Positions 35,580 to 45,775 of a stretch of 64,000 bases of DNA are shown here, piece by piece. Each line of letters begins with the position of its first letter. Position 1 is the first letter of the stretch. The position numbers were made by a program, and so were the translations under genes. Origin of the DNA: Christensenellaceae bacterium. Lineage in GTDB: Bacteria > Bacillota > Clostridia > Christensenellales > UMGS416. The notes under the pieces were generated by a model. It saw only the letters and a program-made list of their open reading frames with translations, ran no database searches and had not been told where the DNA came from. The DNA is taken from NCBI GenBank assembly GCA_963677605.2, contig CAXXDX010000002.1, positions 266,057 through 330,056 of the forward strand, in the 5' to 3' direction.

Positions 35580-36911
35580 TTATTCCCAAGCAGGATCGCC
35601 GGCAACTTTCGCTGCTTCAGCACGATTACTGTCCATATTTTTGAGAACGTCTACAGCTTCTATCTGGCCTAAGCAATATGCTACCATATCTGCTCCGAAG
35701 TCCATCCAGAAGTCGTTTGTATAGCTTGTGCCTGTCTGAAGAACAGGATAAAGCATGTTTTCTTCGCCAACTGATTCAACAAATTCTTTTTCAGCAGGTA
35801 TCCAGTGCTGTTCGATTGCATCATCATTAACGTGAAGGTTAGTTGAGTTTGAGTTGTCAAGGATTGACTGAAGGCTTTCAGTTGTTGTTACAAATCTGAA
35901 GAATTCTTTTACAAGCTCAGGATGCTCTGATCCTTTGTAACCGAACATTGTCGGGCCTGCCGGATTTGTAGGATACTGATCGTTGTCGTTGAAAGGAATG
36001 AGGAACATTCCGAACTCGTCTGTTGAGCCCTGCTCTGCAAGTGTGTTGATCATTGATGATCCGGACATTGCCATAGCAATCTTGCGGTCAAAGAAGTCGT
36101 TTGTCATGTTGGATGAGTCTGAACCAATCCAGTCTTCTCCGAAATAGCCGAGGTCGGACAGTTCTTTGAACTGCTCAAGCACTTTAAGCATGTCTGCATT
36201 TTCTGCAAAAGTTGTTTCGTTGTTGTTCAGTTTCTCATAAAGACCAGGCTGTGCTTTTTCATAAGATGCACCTATCTGGAAGAATGAAAGCTGGTGCTGC
36301 CAACCGTCTGCTCCGGGTACAAACCAAGGTGTGATGCCTTCTGCATATATTGTAGCACAGATTTCTTTAAAGTTCTCAAATGATGTCGGCGGTTCAAGAC
36401 CAAGTTCGCTGAACAAAGTTTTGTTGTAAACCATAACGAACTCAGGTGAGTTTGCCCACAGCTGAAGTCCATAAAGTTTGTCGTCAGCAACGCATGAGCT
36501 CAAGCGTCCTTCAGGAATTACAGCTTCCCATGCTTCGCCTGTGAAATCGATACAATATTTCTCAGGATCTACGATAAAGGATTTGATTGCAAACGGATTT
36601 GACTGAATCCAGAAAATGTCCGAGCAAGTGCCTGTGTCAAGTTTAGTTTTCAAAATGTCAAAATACTGGCCTGACGGAATTGTCTGAAGGTCGACTGTTA
36701 CGCCGTATGTCTCTTCAAATCTTGCGATTGTCGGAGCATAGCGCTCATCGTCCATCCATCCCTGAGATACGATTATAGACAGTTCTTCTCCTTTAAACTG
36801 ATCTACGTCGACTGCTCCTTCGTCTTTTGCATCTTCAGCTTTGTTACAGCCTGCAAATGCGCCAAGTATAAGTACTAGGCTCAAAAGGATTACTAATAGT
36901 TTTTTCTTCAT
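35580..36911 (-). CDS. carbohydrate ABC transporter substrate-binding lipoprotein
   Basis: Lipobox LILGAFAGC. 443-aa family-1 extracellular solute-binding protein architecture. First gene of the permease operon. Confidence 0.85.
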   Translation of the reverse strand: MKKKLLVILLSLVLILGAFAGCNKAEDAKDEGAVDVDQFKGEELSIIVSQGWMDDERYAPTIARFEETYGVTVDLQTIPSGQYFDILKTKLDTGTCSDIFWIQSNPFAIKSFIVDPEKYCIDFTGEAWEAVIPEGRLSSCVADDKLYGLQLWANSPEFVMVYNKTLFSELGLEPPTSFENFKEICATIYAEGITPWFVPGADGWQHQLSFFQIGASYEKAQPGLYEKLNNNETTFAENADMLKVLEQFKELSDLGYFGEDWIGSDSSNMTNDFFDRKIAMAMSGSSMINTLAEQGSTDEFGMFLIPFNDNDQYPTNPAGPTMFGYKGSEHPELVKEFFRFVTTTESLQSILDNSNSTNLHVNDDAIEQHWIPAEKEFVESVGEENMLYPVLQTGTSYTNDFWMDFGADMVAYCLGQIEAVDVLKNMDSNRAEAAKVAGDPAWE

Positions 36912-37133
36912 AACTTCCTCCTAAATAGTTTTGGCAGTTTATTAAAACTACCAATAGAATCTTACCAGTCTGTGCAATCTATTGCCATACACTATTCAAG
37001 ACAACAAATTGTACATTTTTTATAAATTATTAGCGTATAATTAGTAATATGCGTATAAAATAACGTTTCGTGTTTTAAATGAGGCTCAAAATCATATATA
37101 TAAATATTTTATCTTTATGCAAAACACGGTTTC

Positions 37134-37161
37134 TTGACTAATACTTTTTGCTCTATATAAT
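37134..37161 (+). promoter_or_regulatory. putative sigma-A promoter of the two-component system
   Basis: TTGACT (37134-37139), a 16-nt spacer, then TATAAT (37156-37161). It lies about 75 nt upstream of the kinase ATG. Confidence 0.5.
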
Positions 37162-37235
37162 AAGTAATAAGTTTAATTATAGACAGGTGCAGCAAAAGTA
37201 TCGATTTTTAACCATTTTCACAGTTAAAGGTAAGT

Positions 37236-39074
37236 ATGTTTAAATTCATTGATAAGCAAAAATCAGGAAAAAAACAGTTTAAGCTCCAGACAAAGCTGTT
37301 TTTCATTTATGTCGTGGTAACCGAAACCATCGTTTTGTCTTTTGCGTTTTTCTTTTATCAATATATGGCAAGCAACTTAATCGACAATGAACTGAAAGCA
37401 TTAGACAGCCTGAATTCTTCAATAATAGTACAGGTGGATGCAGCTATTGAAGACCTTGACAACGTATCTGCAAACATAAACTACAGCACCAGGATAATAG
37501 GAAAACAGGACGAGTCTTTTAACGTTCCTTTTACTACCGAAAAGCTAAACCAGCTGGCGGAAGTACTCACCACCATAAACGGCATAGACCTCGAGTCCCA
37601 TCAGATTAATATTTATGACTTTGAAGGCAATGTGGCAAGAATGGGGCTAAGAAACAATCTCATAAAAGTAAACCTTAATTTGCTGGGATGGCTGGACGAA
37701 GTTATAGAGCTTGACGGATTAAAGCTTATAAGCAAACCATACAGAAGCACCGCATATTTTTCCGACGGTGATTGGTATATCTCGCTGTACAGGACTTTTT
37801 CCAGCCCCTACGGAGAAAAAGTCGGAGCTATCGAAGCGATCAGACGATGCACAAGCGTTTTTAAATCAATAATCTCCTATGAGAAAAAAGAAGACAGCGG
37901 CATCAAAACGTATATTTATGACAGCGACGGTGTTTTAATCTATCCGTATATAATAGTCGACACTGATGACAAATACCTTTTTGAGTCATACTATGCGGCG
38001 ATCAGCAGCGGAGAAGACATAAATCAGCATATAAATCCGCTGACAGGACAAAGGGAATACCTCGTATACGAAACCTCCATATACAGCGGCTGGACATATC
38101 TTTCCATCCAACGAGAAGATATAGTACTTGAACCTGTAACTTCGCTGGTAAAGTGGATACTTATAATTGTCGGAATTATATTTATACTCGCTCTTGCGGT
38201 TTCATACCTTCTGGCCAAAAACATGATTAAGCCAATAATTAAGCTTAAGGAAATATTCCAGGGCCAGGCACTTGACACGCTGAGCGAAAAGGTGGGAGAA
38301 GACCATTACACGTCATATGCAGAGCTTGCTGAAGTATACAATGACTATAACATAATGAACGAAAAACTTCACAACTCCATGAACGACCTTATCGAATCCA
38401 GAAACCATGAGATAAAGGCCCGTATGAGCGCGCTGCAGGCACAGACAAATCCGCACTTTTTCTACAACACTCTGTCCAGCATAATAGTTCTTTCCGAAAA
38501 CGGGCAGAACGAGGAAATAGTTCAGCTTTGCAGAAACCTCACAAAGCTGATGCGGTATATAACCGACAACTACGTCAACAAAGTTCAGATAAGACAAGAG
38601 CTTGAATATGTCGGAAAATATCTTTACTGTATGAAAGTACGGTATCAGTCAAGCCTTTCGTTTGAATATGACATTGACGATGAGCTGATGGACATAGTAA
38701 TCCCGAAGCTTAGCATCCAGCCTCTCGTTGAAAACGCGATAAAGCACGGAACAGACTGCATTCCGCCTTGGAAGATTACAATAAAGGGAAGAAAAACAGA
38801 CAGCGGATGGTATATAACAGTAATGGATTCAGGAAACGGCTTTAAACCCGAAGTTCTTGAAAGCCTTGAAGAAAACAAAGAAAAATACAAAATTACATCT
38901 GAAGAAAAACCAACTGAGTTTGAAGGCTTCGGCCTGATGAACGTGTATATACGGCTTAAATACTTTTTCCAGGACAGTATGGTTTTTGAGTTTGGAAACA
39001 CTGAAAAAGGACATGGCTATGTTACAATCGGCCAGACAAACATGACACAAAACGGAGATACAAATGAGCTGTAA
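37236..39074 (+). CDS. YesM-type sensor histidine kinase (two TM helices, extracytoplasmic sensor, HAMP, His_kinase/HATPase)
   Basis: 612-aa ORF with the H-box ALQAQTNPHFFYNTLSSI, the N-box QPLVENAIKHG, and MDSGNGF and GFGLMNV G-boxes. Confidence 0.88.
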   Translation: MFKFIDKQKSGKKQFKLQTKLFFIYVVVTETIVLSFAFFFYQYMASNLIDNELKALDSLNSSIIVQVDAAIEDLDNVSANINYSTRIIGKQDESFNVPFTTEKLNQLAEVLTTINGIDLESHQINIYDFEGNVARMGLRNNLIKVNLNLLGWLDEVIELDGLKLISKPYRSTAYFSDGDWYISLYRTFSSPYGEKVGAIEAIRRCTSVFKSIISYEKKEDSGIKTYIYDSDGVLIYPYIIVDTDDKYLFESYYAAISSGEDINQHINPLTGQREYLVYETSIYSGWTYLSIQREDIVLEPVTSLVKWILIIVGIIFILALAVSYLLAKNMIKPIIKLKEIFQGQALDTLSEKVGEDHYTSYAELAEVYNDYNIMNEKLHNSMNDLIESRNHEIKARMSALQAQTNPHFFYNTLSSIIVLSENGQNEEIVQLCRNLTKLMRYITDNYVNKVQIRQELEYVGKYLYCMKVRYQSSLSFEYDIDDELMDIVIPKLSIQPLVENAIKHGTDCIPPWKITIKGRKTDSGWYITVMDSGNGFKPEVLESLEENKEKYKITSEEKPTEFEGFGLMNVYIRLKYFFQDSMVFEFGNTEKGHGYVTIGQTNMTQNGDTNEL

Positions 39075-39813
39075 TATAGTGATAGCAGAAGATGAAGTGC
39101 TGCTTCTTGAAAACCTTATAAACAAAGTAAATAATATGGGCTCGGATTTTAAAGTCATAGGCTCTGCTCAGACAGGCATCGAGGCATATGAGCTGATTGA
39201 AAACCTTTGTCCGGATATATTGATAACTGACATACGCATGCCCGTTATGGACGGACTGGAGCTTATCAAGAAAGTACGGGAAAACCATCCGTATATCGAC
39301 TGCATAATAGTCACCGGATATTCCGATTTTTCATATGCAAAACAAGCTATTCACTATCAGGTGCGCGAGTATCTTTTAAAGCCTCTGGAAGATGAGCTGC
39401 TTCGCGAAACGCTTACAACGCTTCACAACGAGTTTATAACCAGAACACACGACTACAATGAAATCTTCGGAGCAGAAGGCTGTACAGACCAGCAGCCCGA
39501 TATATCGTGCATTTTGAAAAACTATATTTTAAACCACTATAAAGAAGACATTAAGCTTAACGCCATTGCAAGCACCATGCACTACAGCTCCAGCTATCTT
39601 ACCAAAGCGTTCTCTCAGGAATACGGATGCTCGCCGTCAAAATATCTTATATCCGTGCGCATACAAAACGCACAGCAGCTTTTAAAGCACAACCACGACC
39701 TTACCGTGCGTCAGGTTGGAGAAGCCGTCGGCTATCCCGAACCGGGATACTTCAGCCGCGTGTTTAAAAAGCAGACCGGGTTAAGCCCGCTTGAATACCG
39801 CTCAAACTCATAG
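39064..39813 (+). CDS. YesN-type response regulator with an AraC-family HTH output domain
   Basis: The receiver domain has IAEDE and ILITDIRMPVMDGLEL. The C-terminal AraC HTH has YSSSYLTKAFSQEYG and GYFSRVFKKQTGLSPLEYR. It overlaps the kinase gene by 11 nt. Confidence 0.9.
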   Translation: MSCNIVIAEDEVLLLENLINKVNNMGSDFKVIGSAQTGIEAYELIENLCPDILITDIRMPVMDGLELIKKVRENHPYIDCIIVTGYSDFSYAKQAIHYQVREYLLKPLEDELLRETLTTLHNEFITRTHDYNEIFGAEGCTDQQPDISCILKNYILNHYKEDIKLNAIASTMHYSSSYLTKAFSQEYGCSPSKYLISVRIQNAQQLLKHNHDLTVRQVGEAVGYPEPGYFSRVFKKQTGLSPLEYRSNS

Positions 39814-39816
39814 TTT

Positions 39817-40539
39817 TCAGACATCAGTTAAGAATTCTACAATTTGCTCGGGATTTTCAAGGCTGTGAGGATGATGCCCCACGCCTTCTTTTAAAATGAC
39901 CTCAATCTTACCCCCAAGCATTTCATAACGCTCTTTCAGGATTTTCGCATTCTCCTCATAGGGAACCACTTTGTCGGAATCTCCCGCGACGATGATTATT
40001 GGTATCTGCGCATCCACAAGAGTGCTTATCCTGTCACAGAACTTATATTTAAGCGCTTCTTCTTCATCCCTGAAACCATATGCTTTGATGCACTTTTCCC
40101 ACTCCGCACTGCTGCCTTCGCCTCCAAAATATCCTCCCGGCCAGCTCATAATATCCAGAACAGGCGCATCAAGATACATAGCTTTTACTCTTTCAGGATA
40201 CTTTGCTGCGTAGTTAAATGCATATAGCCCTCCCCTGCTGAAACCGAACAGAATAGGCTTATATTCTATTGCAAAAAACTTTGTGAAAGCTATGTGGAAA
40301 TCATTCATCAAATCAACTGCGCAAGGCGCACCGAAAAGATCACTCATCATATAATATGACAAAATATAGCCGCGGCGAACCATTTCAATATCAGCATAAG
40401 CAAAAGCGCCGAAAAACTCAGTTCTCCAAACCCAGCCTTTTATTTCACCTTCCGGAAAAACAACGACCGCTTCCCTGCTGTTTAATTCATAGTCGTGCCT
40501 TTTAAATCCGTTCCATGATGTCTCATTTATTAGCTTCAT
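39817..40539 (-). CDS. alpha/beta hydrolase (esterase or dienelactone-hydrolase-like)
   Basis: 240-aa ORF with the nucleophile elbow GFSRGG, plus VAGDSDKVVP and GVGHHPH. Confidence 0.75.
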   Translation of the reverse strand: MKLINETSWNGFKRHDYELNSREAVVVFPEGEIKGWVWRTEFFGAFAYADIEMVRRGYILSYYMMSDLFGAPCAVDLMNDFHIAFTKFFAIEYKPILFGFSRGGLYAFNYAAKYPERVKAMYLDAPVLDIMSWPGGYFGGEGSSAEWEKCIKAYGFRDEEEALKYKFCDRISTLVDAQIPIIIVAGDSDKVVPYEENAKILKERYEMLGGKIEVILKEGVGHHPHSLENPEQIVEFLTDV

Positions 40540-40579
40540 CTTTTTTCCAATCGCAGTTTATATGCTTGAACATAATAAC

Positions 40580-40610
40580 AAAAAGCCCTCAAACCATACA
40601 GTTTGAAGGC
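40580..40610 (-). terminator. Rho-independent terminator after acetate kinase paralog 2
   Basis: The minus strand reads GCCTTCAAAC-TGTATG-GTTTGAGGGC (one mismatch) followed by TTTTTGTTATT. Confidence 0.6.
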
Positions 40611-40626
40611 TTGGAATCCTCAAGTT

Positions 40627-41823
40627 TTAGTTTCCAACAAGCTCAAGAGTATCATAGGCTATCATAAGCTCTTCGTTAGCTGATATTCTAAGCACTTTAA
40701 CATTGCTGTTTTCCTTGGATATTTCCATATCCACTCCGCGAAGTTCGTTTTTCTTTTCATCGATTTCGATTCCCAAGAATGAAAGTCCGTTTGATACGTC
40801 GCGCCTTAAATCAGAGTTGTTTTCGCCAATACCGCCCGTAAAGACAATTGCGTCCACACCATTCATTGCGGCAGCGTAAGCTCCTATATACTTTTTAATC
40901 TGATAATTAAGCATATCAACAGCAATCTGCGCCTGCTTATTGCCTGCTTTTGCAGCATCCGTTATGTCGCGGTTATCCATGCTGACCTGTGAAAGTCCGA
41001 GAAATCCTGATTTCTTGTTTAATATGTCCATGACTTCATCAATGTTCAGGTTATATGAATCCATAATATATTTTACAATCGCAGGATCCAAATCGCCGCA
41101 TCTTGTGCCCATCATGAGTCCTTCAAGAGGCGTCATTCCCATGCTTGTGTCTACCGACTTTCCCCCGTCAATGGCGCAAACAGAAGAACCGTTACCAAGG
41201 TGGCAGTTTACAATTTTGAGCTCTTCAATCGGCTTTTTTATTATCTCGGCAGCTCTTCTTGCTATATATCTGTGAGAAGATCCGTGAAATCCGTATTTTC
41301 TGATTTTCTTTTCCTTATACATTTCATAAGGAAGCGCATATAGATATGCCCATTTCGGCATAGTCTGGTGGAATGCAGTGTCAAAGACTGCGACCATCTT
41401 AGCATGAGGCATGATTTCCATGCACGCCTTTATTCCCAAAAGGTTCGCCGGATTGTGAAGAGGCGCGAATTCTTTGTTTTTATCAATCGCCATAATAACT
41501 TCGTCGTCGATAACAACTGATTTTGAAAACGACTCTCCGCCGTGAACAACCCTGTGTCCCACTGCCGCCACATCCTCCAACGAAGATATAACGCCGTGCT
41601 CTTTGTCTGTTAACACATCCATAACAAGCTTTATTGCATCGCTGTGTCCTTTCATAGGCTGTTCAAGTTTTAAGTCTTCCCTGCCTATGACCTTGTGCTT
41701 GAGCACTGAGTTTTGCGCGCCTATTCGCTCTGCAACTCCCTTTGCAAGCACTTCTTCCGTACCCATATCAAATAGCTGATATTTAAGTGACGAACTTCCT
41801 GCGTTAATTACAAGTATATTCAT
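40627..41823 (-). CDS. ackA: acetate kinase (paralog 2)
   Basis: MNILVINAGSSSLKYQLFD, then HRVVHGG, APLHNPAN, VFDTAFH, KYGFHGSSH, CHLGNGSS and GGIGENN. I place the start at the ATG at 41821-41823. The 62-codon upstream extension in the track has no family counterpart. Confidence 0.92.
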   Translation of the reverse strand: MNILVINAGSSSLKYQLFDMGTEEVLAKGVAERIGAQNSVLKHKVIGREDLKLEQPMKGHSDAIKLVMDVLTDKEHGVISSLEDVAAVGHRVVHGGESFSKSVVIDDEVIMAIDKNKEFAPLHNPANLLGIKACMEIMPHAKMVAVFDTAFHQTMPKWAYLYALPYEMYKEKKIRKYGFHGSSHRYIARRAAEIIKKPIEELKIVNCHLGNGSSVCAIDGGKSVDTSMGMTPLEGLMMGTRCGDLDPAIVKYIMDSYNLNIDEVMDILNKKSGFLGLSQVSMDNRDITDAAKAGNKQAQIAVDMLNYQIKKYIGAYAAAMNGVDAIVFTGGIGENNSDLRRDVSNGLSFLGIEIDEKKNELRGVDMEISKENSNVKVLRISANEELMIAYDTLELVGN

Positions 41824-42299
41824 ATTTCCATCCCTAAAAAATATTAAAGGAGCATAGCAAAATGCTGTCCCTTTGTTTTCCGTCAAGCGTCCGAATAACA
41901 GATTATATGCTCTGTTTGTATCGTTATTATTATATTTATGTATAGTGAATAATGGAGTTGGAATCCGATTTGAAAAAGCTTCAAAATGACATATGCGTTT
42001 CAGTGTCATTCAATCAGCGTTTTGCACCACTTCATCGCAACTATTGGATTATACAAAAAAGTTTATAAACTTTCAAGTAGCAATGAGCTACATCATATAT
42101 AAAACACATAAAACCTAAATTCCTGCTATATTATTTATCATATCTTCCAAATTCAACTTATCGCGCAGCACAAACATCTTTAAAGCATAATAGATAATTA
42201 AATCCATATGAACTTAATTGTTATATGATACGGGGTTCTTTTTATAATATGAAAAATATGATAATATATGAAGTAATTACTTAGGCTAAGGATTGATAT

Positions 42300-42677
42300 A
42301 TGAAACCGCAAGAATCACAGGAAATGTATCTGGAAGTTATATATAAGCTGGAACAGAAAAACGGCACCGTGCGTTCAGTTGACATTGCAAACGAACTGAG
42401 CTATTCAAAGCCCAGCGTAAGCCGAGCAATAGGAGTCCTTAAAAAGTCCGGCTATATTACACACACCCATTATGGGGACGTAACCTTAACTGATGAAGGC
42501 CGCAAGAAAGCAAAGCGCATATATTTTGCTCATAAACTGCTCACCGCATATCTTGTAAAAGTTCTTAAAGTCGATCCTGACATCGCAGAAGAAGATGCAT
42601 GCAAAATAGAGCATGTTATAAGCGATGAAACTTTGGATGCGATGGAAAAGATGCTTAGCGATCAGGGAAATAACTAG
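42300..42677 (+). CDS. MntR/DtxR family metal-dependent transcriptional regulator
   Basis: 125-aa ORF. SQEMYLEVIYKL plus a winged HTH (VRSVDIANELSYSKPSVSRAIGVLKKSGYI). Candidate metal ligands are retained by eye (E/E near the N-terminus, H in FAHKLL, D/E/H in EEDACKIEH). Confidence 0.82.
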   Translation: MKPQESQEMYLEVIYKLEQKNGTVRSVDIANELSYSKPSVSRAIGVLKKSGYITHTHYGDVTLTDEGRKKAKRIYFAHKLLTAYLVKVLKVDPDIAEEDACKIEHVISDETLDAMEKMLSDQGNN

Positions 42678-42691
42678 TTGAAGGCACTGCT

Positions 42692-44230
42692 TTGAAGAAA
42701 TATTTATCAGCATATAAAAATCAAATTATGATATCAGCATATGCGATAATCCTCCTTTTGTTCTGCTCAAAATCATCGCCTCTTTTTTATTTTAACGACT
42801 GGGTGGATGCAAACTCTTTCTTTACAGTCGGAAAATCCATGATGAACGGCATGACGCTGTATAAGGATATATTCGAGCAAAAAGGCCCCATGCTGTATCT
42901 CATCTACGGATTGGGTTATCTTATATCACACACTTCGTTTTACGGCGTTTTTGTTTTTGAGGCAGCGGCATTTGCAGTTGCGCTTATTTACGCATACAGA
43001 TTACTGTGCTTGTTTTTCAAGGAAAACATCGCTTTTTTAGGAACATTGCTTTTGCCTGTTTTTATCCTTGGTGCAAAATATTTCGCGCAGGGCGGAAGCG
43101 CGGAAGAATATATACTGTGTGCACAGATTATAAGCTTATATTATCTGATGAGATACTTTGTAAAAGACTATCCGGAAAAAAACATTGAGATGAAGCATAT
43201 GTTTATAAGCGGATGCCTTTTTTCAGCTGTGCTTCTTATAAAATATAATATCGCGGTTTTCTGGGTGTTCCCCATAGCTGCTGTTTTTATTTCACTGCTT
43301 ATTCAAAAGCAGGTCAAAAAAGCTTTTATGTCTTTGCTTTTGTTTTTAGCGGGAAGCTTAGCAGTCATTATTCCCTGGCTTATATATTTTGTGGCAAACG
43401 GCGCGCTTTATGATTTTATCGACGTGTATTTCCTGTTTAACGCAAAGTATTACACAAATTCCAACACAAATATCACTGGCATTGTCTCTCTTATACTTGT
43501 TGTATTTAAAAATGGGATTTATCTATTAAAACAATTCAAATTTGAATACATTTCACTCATACTCGGACTGCTGTTTTTTATGTTCTATCCGTTTAAAATC
43601 AAGTGGTGGCAGAGGCTGATGCTGTCTGCCGCAAGCTTTGCAATTGTATTTACGGCAATATTTTTCAACGGTACGGGGCACATATACTACTCAATGGGAA
43701 TAACGGTTTTTTTCATCTTTTCAGCAGCTGCTTTCTGCAAAATCATCGAACTTTCAAAGCTTCCGATAAAATTCTACGTAATTGCAGCTTTTGCGGTAAT
43801 AATGTTAATTGTAACGGTGAATAAAAACCCATATCACAAAGACTCGCGCCTTTATTCAAAGCAAAATACGAGCAGCGCGGTTCAGATTGAATTTGCACGT
43901 CTTATGCATGAAACGGAAAATCCCACGCTTTTAAATTACGGCTTTCTTGACGGCGGATTTTTCACAATTGCCGACATCGTTCCAAATGTCAGGTGGTTTG
44001 AACGGCAAAACAAGATATACGAAACATATCCAGAGCACAGCGCAGAGCACGAAAGATATATACGCGAAAAAGTAACGGACTATATCGTGCGCAGAATAAA
44101 AAAGGATTACTACACAGGCGAGCTTGAAGAAGTCCCCTATCTTGACGAAAACTATACGCTGATTGCCCAAAAGGAACAGCGATTTGAGGGGTATTATTTT
44201 ATATACTTTTTATATAGGGTAAAGGATTAA
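42692..44230 (+). CDS. GT-C-like polytopic membrane protein (probable polyprenyl-phosphate-sugar-dependent glycosyltransferase)
   Basis: 512-aa ORF with about 12 hydrophobic helices. The first loop, FYFNDWVDANSFFTVGKSMMNG...EQKGPMLY, resembles ArnT/PMT-family loops. The C-terminal tail of about 110 aa is soluble. The TTG start in the track is uncertain. Confidence 0.5.
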   Translation: MKKYLSAYKNQIMISAYAIILLLFCSKSSPLFYFNDWVDANSFFTVGKSMMNGMTLYKDIFEQKGPMLYLIYGLGYLISHTSFYGVFVFEAAAFAVALIYAYRLLCLFFKENIAFLGTLLLPVFILGAKYFAQGGSAEEYILCAQIISLYYLMRYFVKDYPEKNIEMKHMFISGCLFSAVLLIKYNIAVFWVFPIAAVFISLLIQKQVKKAFMSLLLFLAGSLAVIIPWLIYFVANGALYDFIDVYFLFNAKYYTNSNTNITGIVSLILVVFKNGIYLLKQFKFEYISLILGLLFFMFYPFKIKWWQRLMLSAASFAIVFTAIFFNGTGHIYYSMGITVFFIFSAAAFCKIIELSKLPIKFYVIAAFAVIMLIVTVNKNPYHKDSRLYSKQNTSSAVQIEFARLMHETENPTLLNYGFLDGGFFTIADIVPNVRWFERQNKIYETYPEHSAEHERYIREKVTDYIVRRIKKDYYTGELEEVPYLDENYTLIAQKEQRFEGYYFIYFLYRVKD

Positions 44231-44275
44231 ACAATAAAAATAGGGCAATTTTTCATTAAGAATACTTTTGCCATA

Positions 44276-45751
44276 TCAGAACTGGAAGTAGATGAACTGC
44301 GCTGTCGTGTCGCTCAGTGCAAACTTAAATATTATAATAAGCGATAGGATGATGTAAACGCTCCATCTGAATACAACGTTTTTGCCGCTGAACACTTCAT
44401 ACGGATTCTTACCTTTTTCGCGTATCACCCACATTATTGCCATAAGTATCAGTCCGAATAAAAGAGGCACAACAACGCTCATGAAATGAAGTCCGACGTC
44501 ATTTCTTACCATGTTGAGATATGAGGGACTTGCCCAACTGCCTATGCCGGAAAACAGATGCCCGACAATATAGAACGCATCGTCAATCGAGTTTGCGCGG
44601 AAGAATATCCACGCAAAACATACAATTGCAAATATTATTATCATGTCGAAGGTTCTTTTAAGCTTTGGCATTTTAGGCATTATCTCATAATTTTTCTTTC
44701 TGAAAAGATGCGCAACAGCATCTTCAATCACACGAAGGAATCCGTGTATCGCGCCCCACAGTACAAATGTCCAGTTTGCGCCATGCCAAAGTCCGCTTAA
44801 AAGGAACGTAATGAACACATTGAAATATCTGCGTACCTTGCCCACTCTGTTTCCGCCCAGCGGAATGTAAACATAATCTCTGAACCATGTGGAAAGAGAT
44901 ATGTGCCATCTTGCCCAGAAATCTTTTATGGACACCGCGAAATACGGCTGCCTGAAGTTTTCCATAATCTCGATTCCCATAATCTGCGCGCAGCCTATAG
45001 CGATATTAGTATATCCCGCGAAATCGCAGTATATCTGGAGGGCAAAACCTAGAGTCGCTATTATAAACGCAAGACCGCCGAAGTTGTGAGGCGAGTTATA
45101 AACATTGTTTACGACAACCGCCACAGTATCTGCTATAACAATCTTTTGGAAAAACCCCCACAGCATCCTCTGAAGACCGCCTCTGGCTCTGTCATATTCA
45201 AAGATATGCTTTGTCTTAAGCTGGGGCAAAAGCCTGTCTGAACGCTCTATTGGCCCTGCCACAAGCTGCGGGAAATATGAAACATAGAGCGCAAAGTATC
45301 CGATGTGTCTCTCAGCCTTCCTTTTTCCCTTGTATACATCTATCGTGTAGCTTAATGTCTGGAATGTATAAAATGATATTCCCATCGGAAGAAGCAGAGA
45401 GAAGTTATTTACAGGATTGTCCTTTCCCCATCCGCTCAATATATTGGTTATGGTTTCATTCAGGAAGTTAAAATATTTAAACACAAACAGAAGACCGAGG
45501 TTTACTGCAAGACTTACAAAAAGATATGCTTTTTTTCTGTTCTGATTTTCGGTTTTGTCCATCAGAAGAGACATGAAGTAGTCAATAAGCGTGGACGCAA
45601 TAATTAAGATTATGTACTCCGCGCGCCAGGCCATATAAAATACATAGCTTGAAACAAGCAGCATCATCCATCTGAATCTGTGCGGAAGCGCAAAGTACAA
45701 TAGGATTACTATCGGAAAAAATATTATAAATTCATATGAGTTAAACAGCAT
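44276..45751 (-). CDS. MBOAT family membrane O-acyltransferase (AlgI/DltB/PatA-like)
   Basis: 491-aa polytopic ORF with the characteristic blocks FWARWHISLSTWFRDYVYIPLGGNR and GLWHGANW (conserved His). Confidence 0.9.
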   Translation of the reverse strand: MLFNSYEFIIFFPIVILLYFALPHRFRWMMLLVSSYVFYMAWRAEYIILIIASTLIDYFMSLLMDKTENQNRKKAYLFVSLAVNLGLLFVFKYFNFLNETITNILSGWGKDNPVNNFSLLLPMGISFYTFQTLSYTIDVYKGKRKAERHIGYFALYVSYFPQLVAGPIERSDRLLPQLKTKHIFEYDRARGGLQRMLWGFFQKIVIADTVAVVVNNVYNSPHNFGGLAFIIATLGFALQIYCDFAGYTNIAIGCAQIMGIEIMENFRQPYFAVSIKDFWARWHISLSTWFRDYVYIPLGGNRVGKVRRYFNVFITFLLSGLWHGANWTFVLWGAIHGFLRVIEDAVAHLFRKKNYEIMPKMPKLKRTFDMIIIFAIVCFAWIFFRANSIDDAFYIVGHLFSGIGSWASPSYLNMVRNDVGLHFMSVVVPLLFGLILMAIMWVIREKGKNPYEVFSGKNVVFRWSVYIILSLIIIFKFALSDTTAQFIYFQF

Positions 45752-45775
45752 CAGCTCTTCTCCTAAATCTATCTA

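Noticed and set aside
41824-42009. 62-codon N-terminal extension of acetate kinase paralog 2 in the ORF track
   Set aside because: Acetate kinases begin at MxILVxNxGSSS. The extension has no counterpart in the family, and the internal ATG at 41821-41823 aligns with the start of paralog 1.
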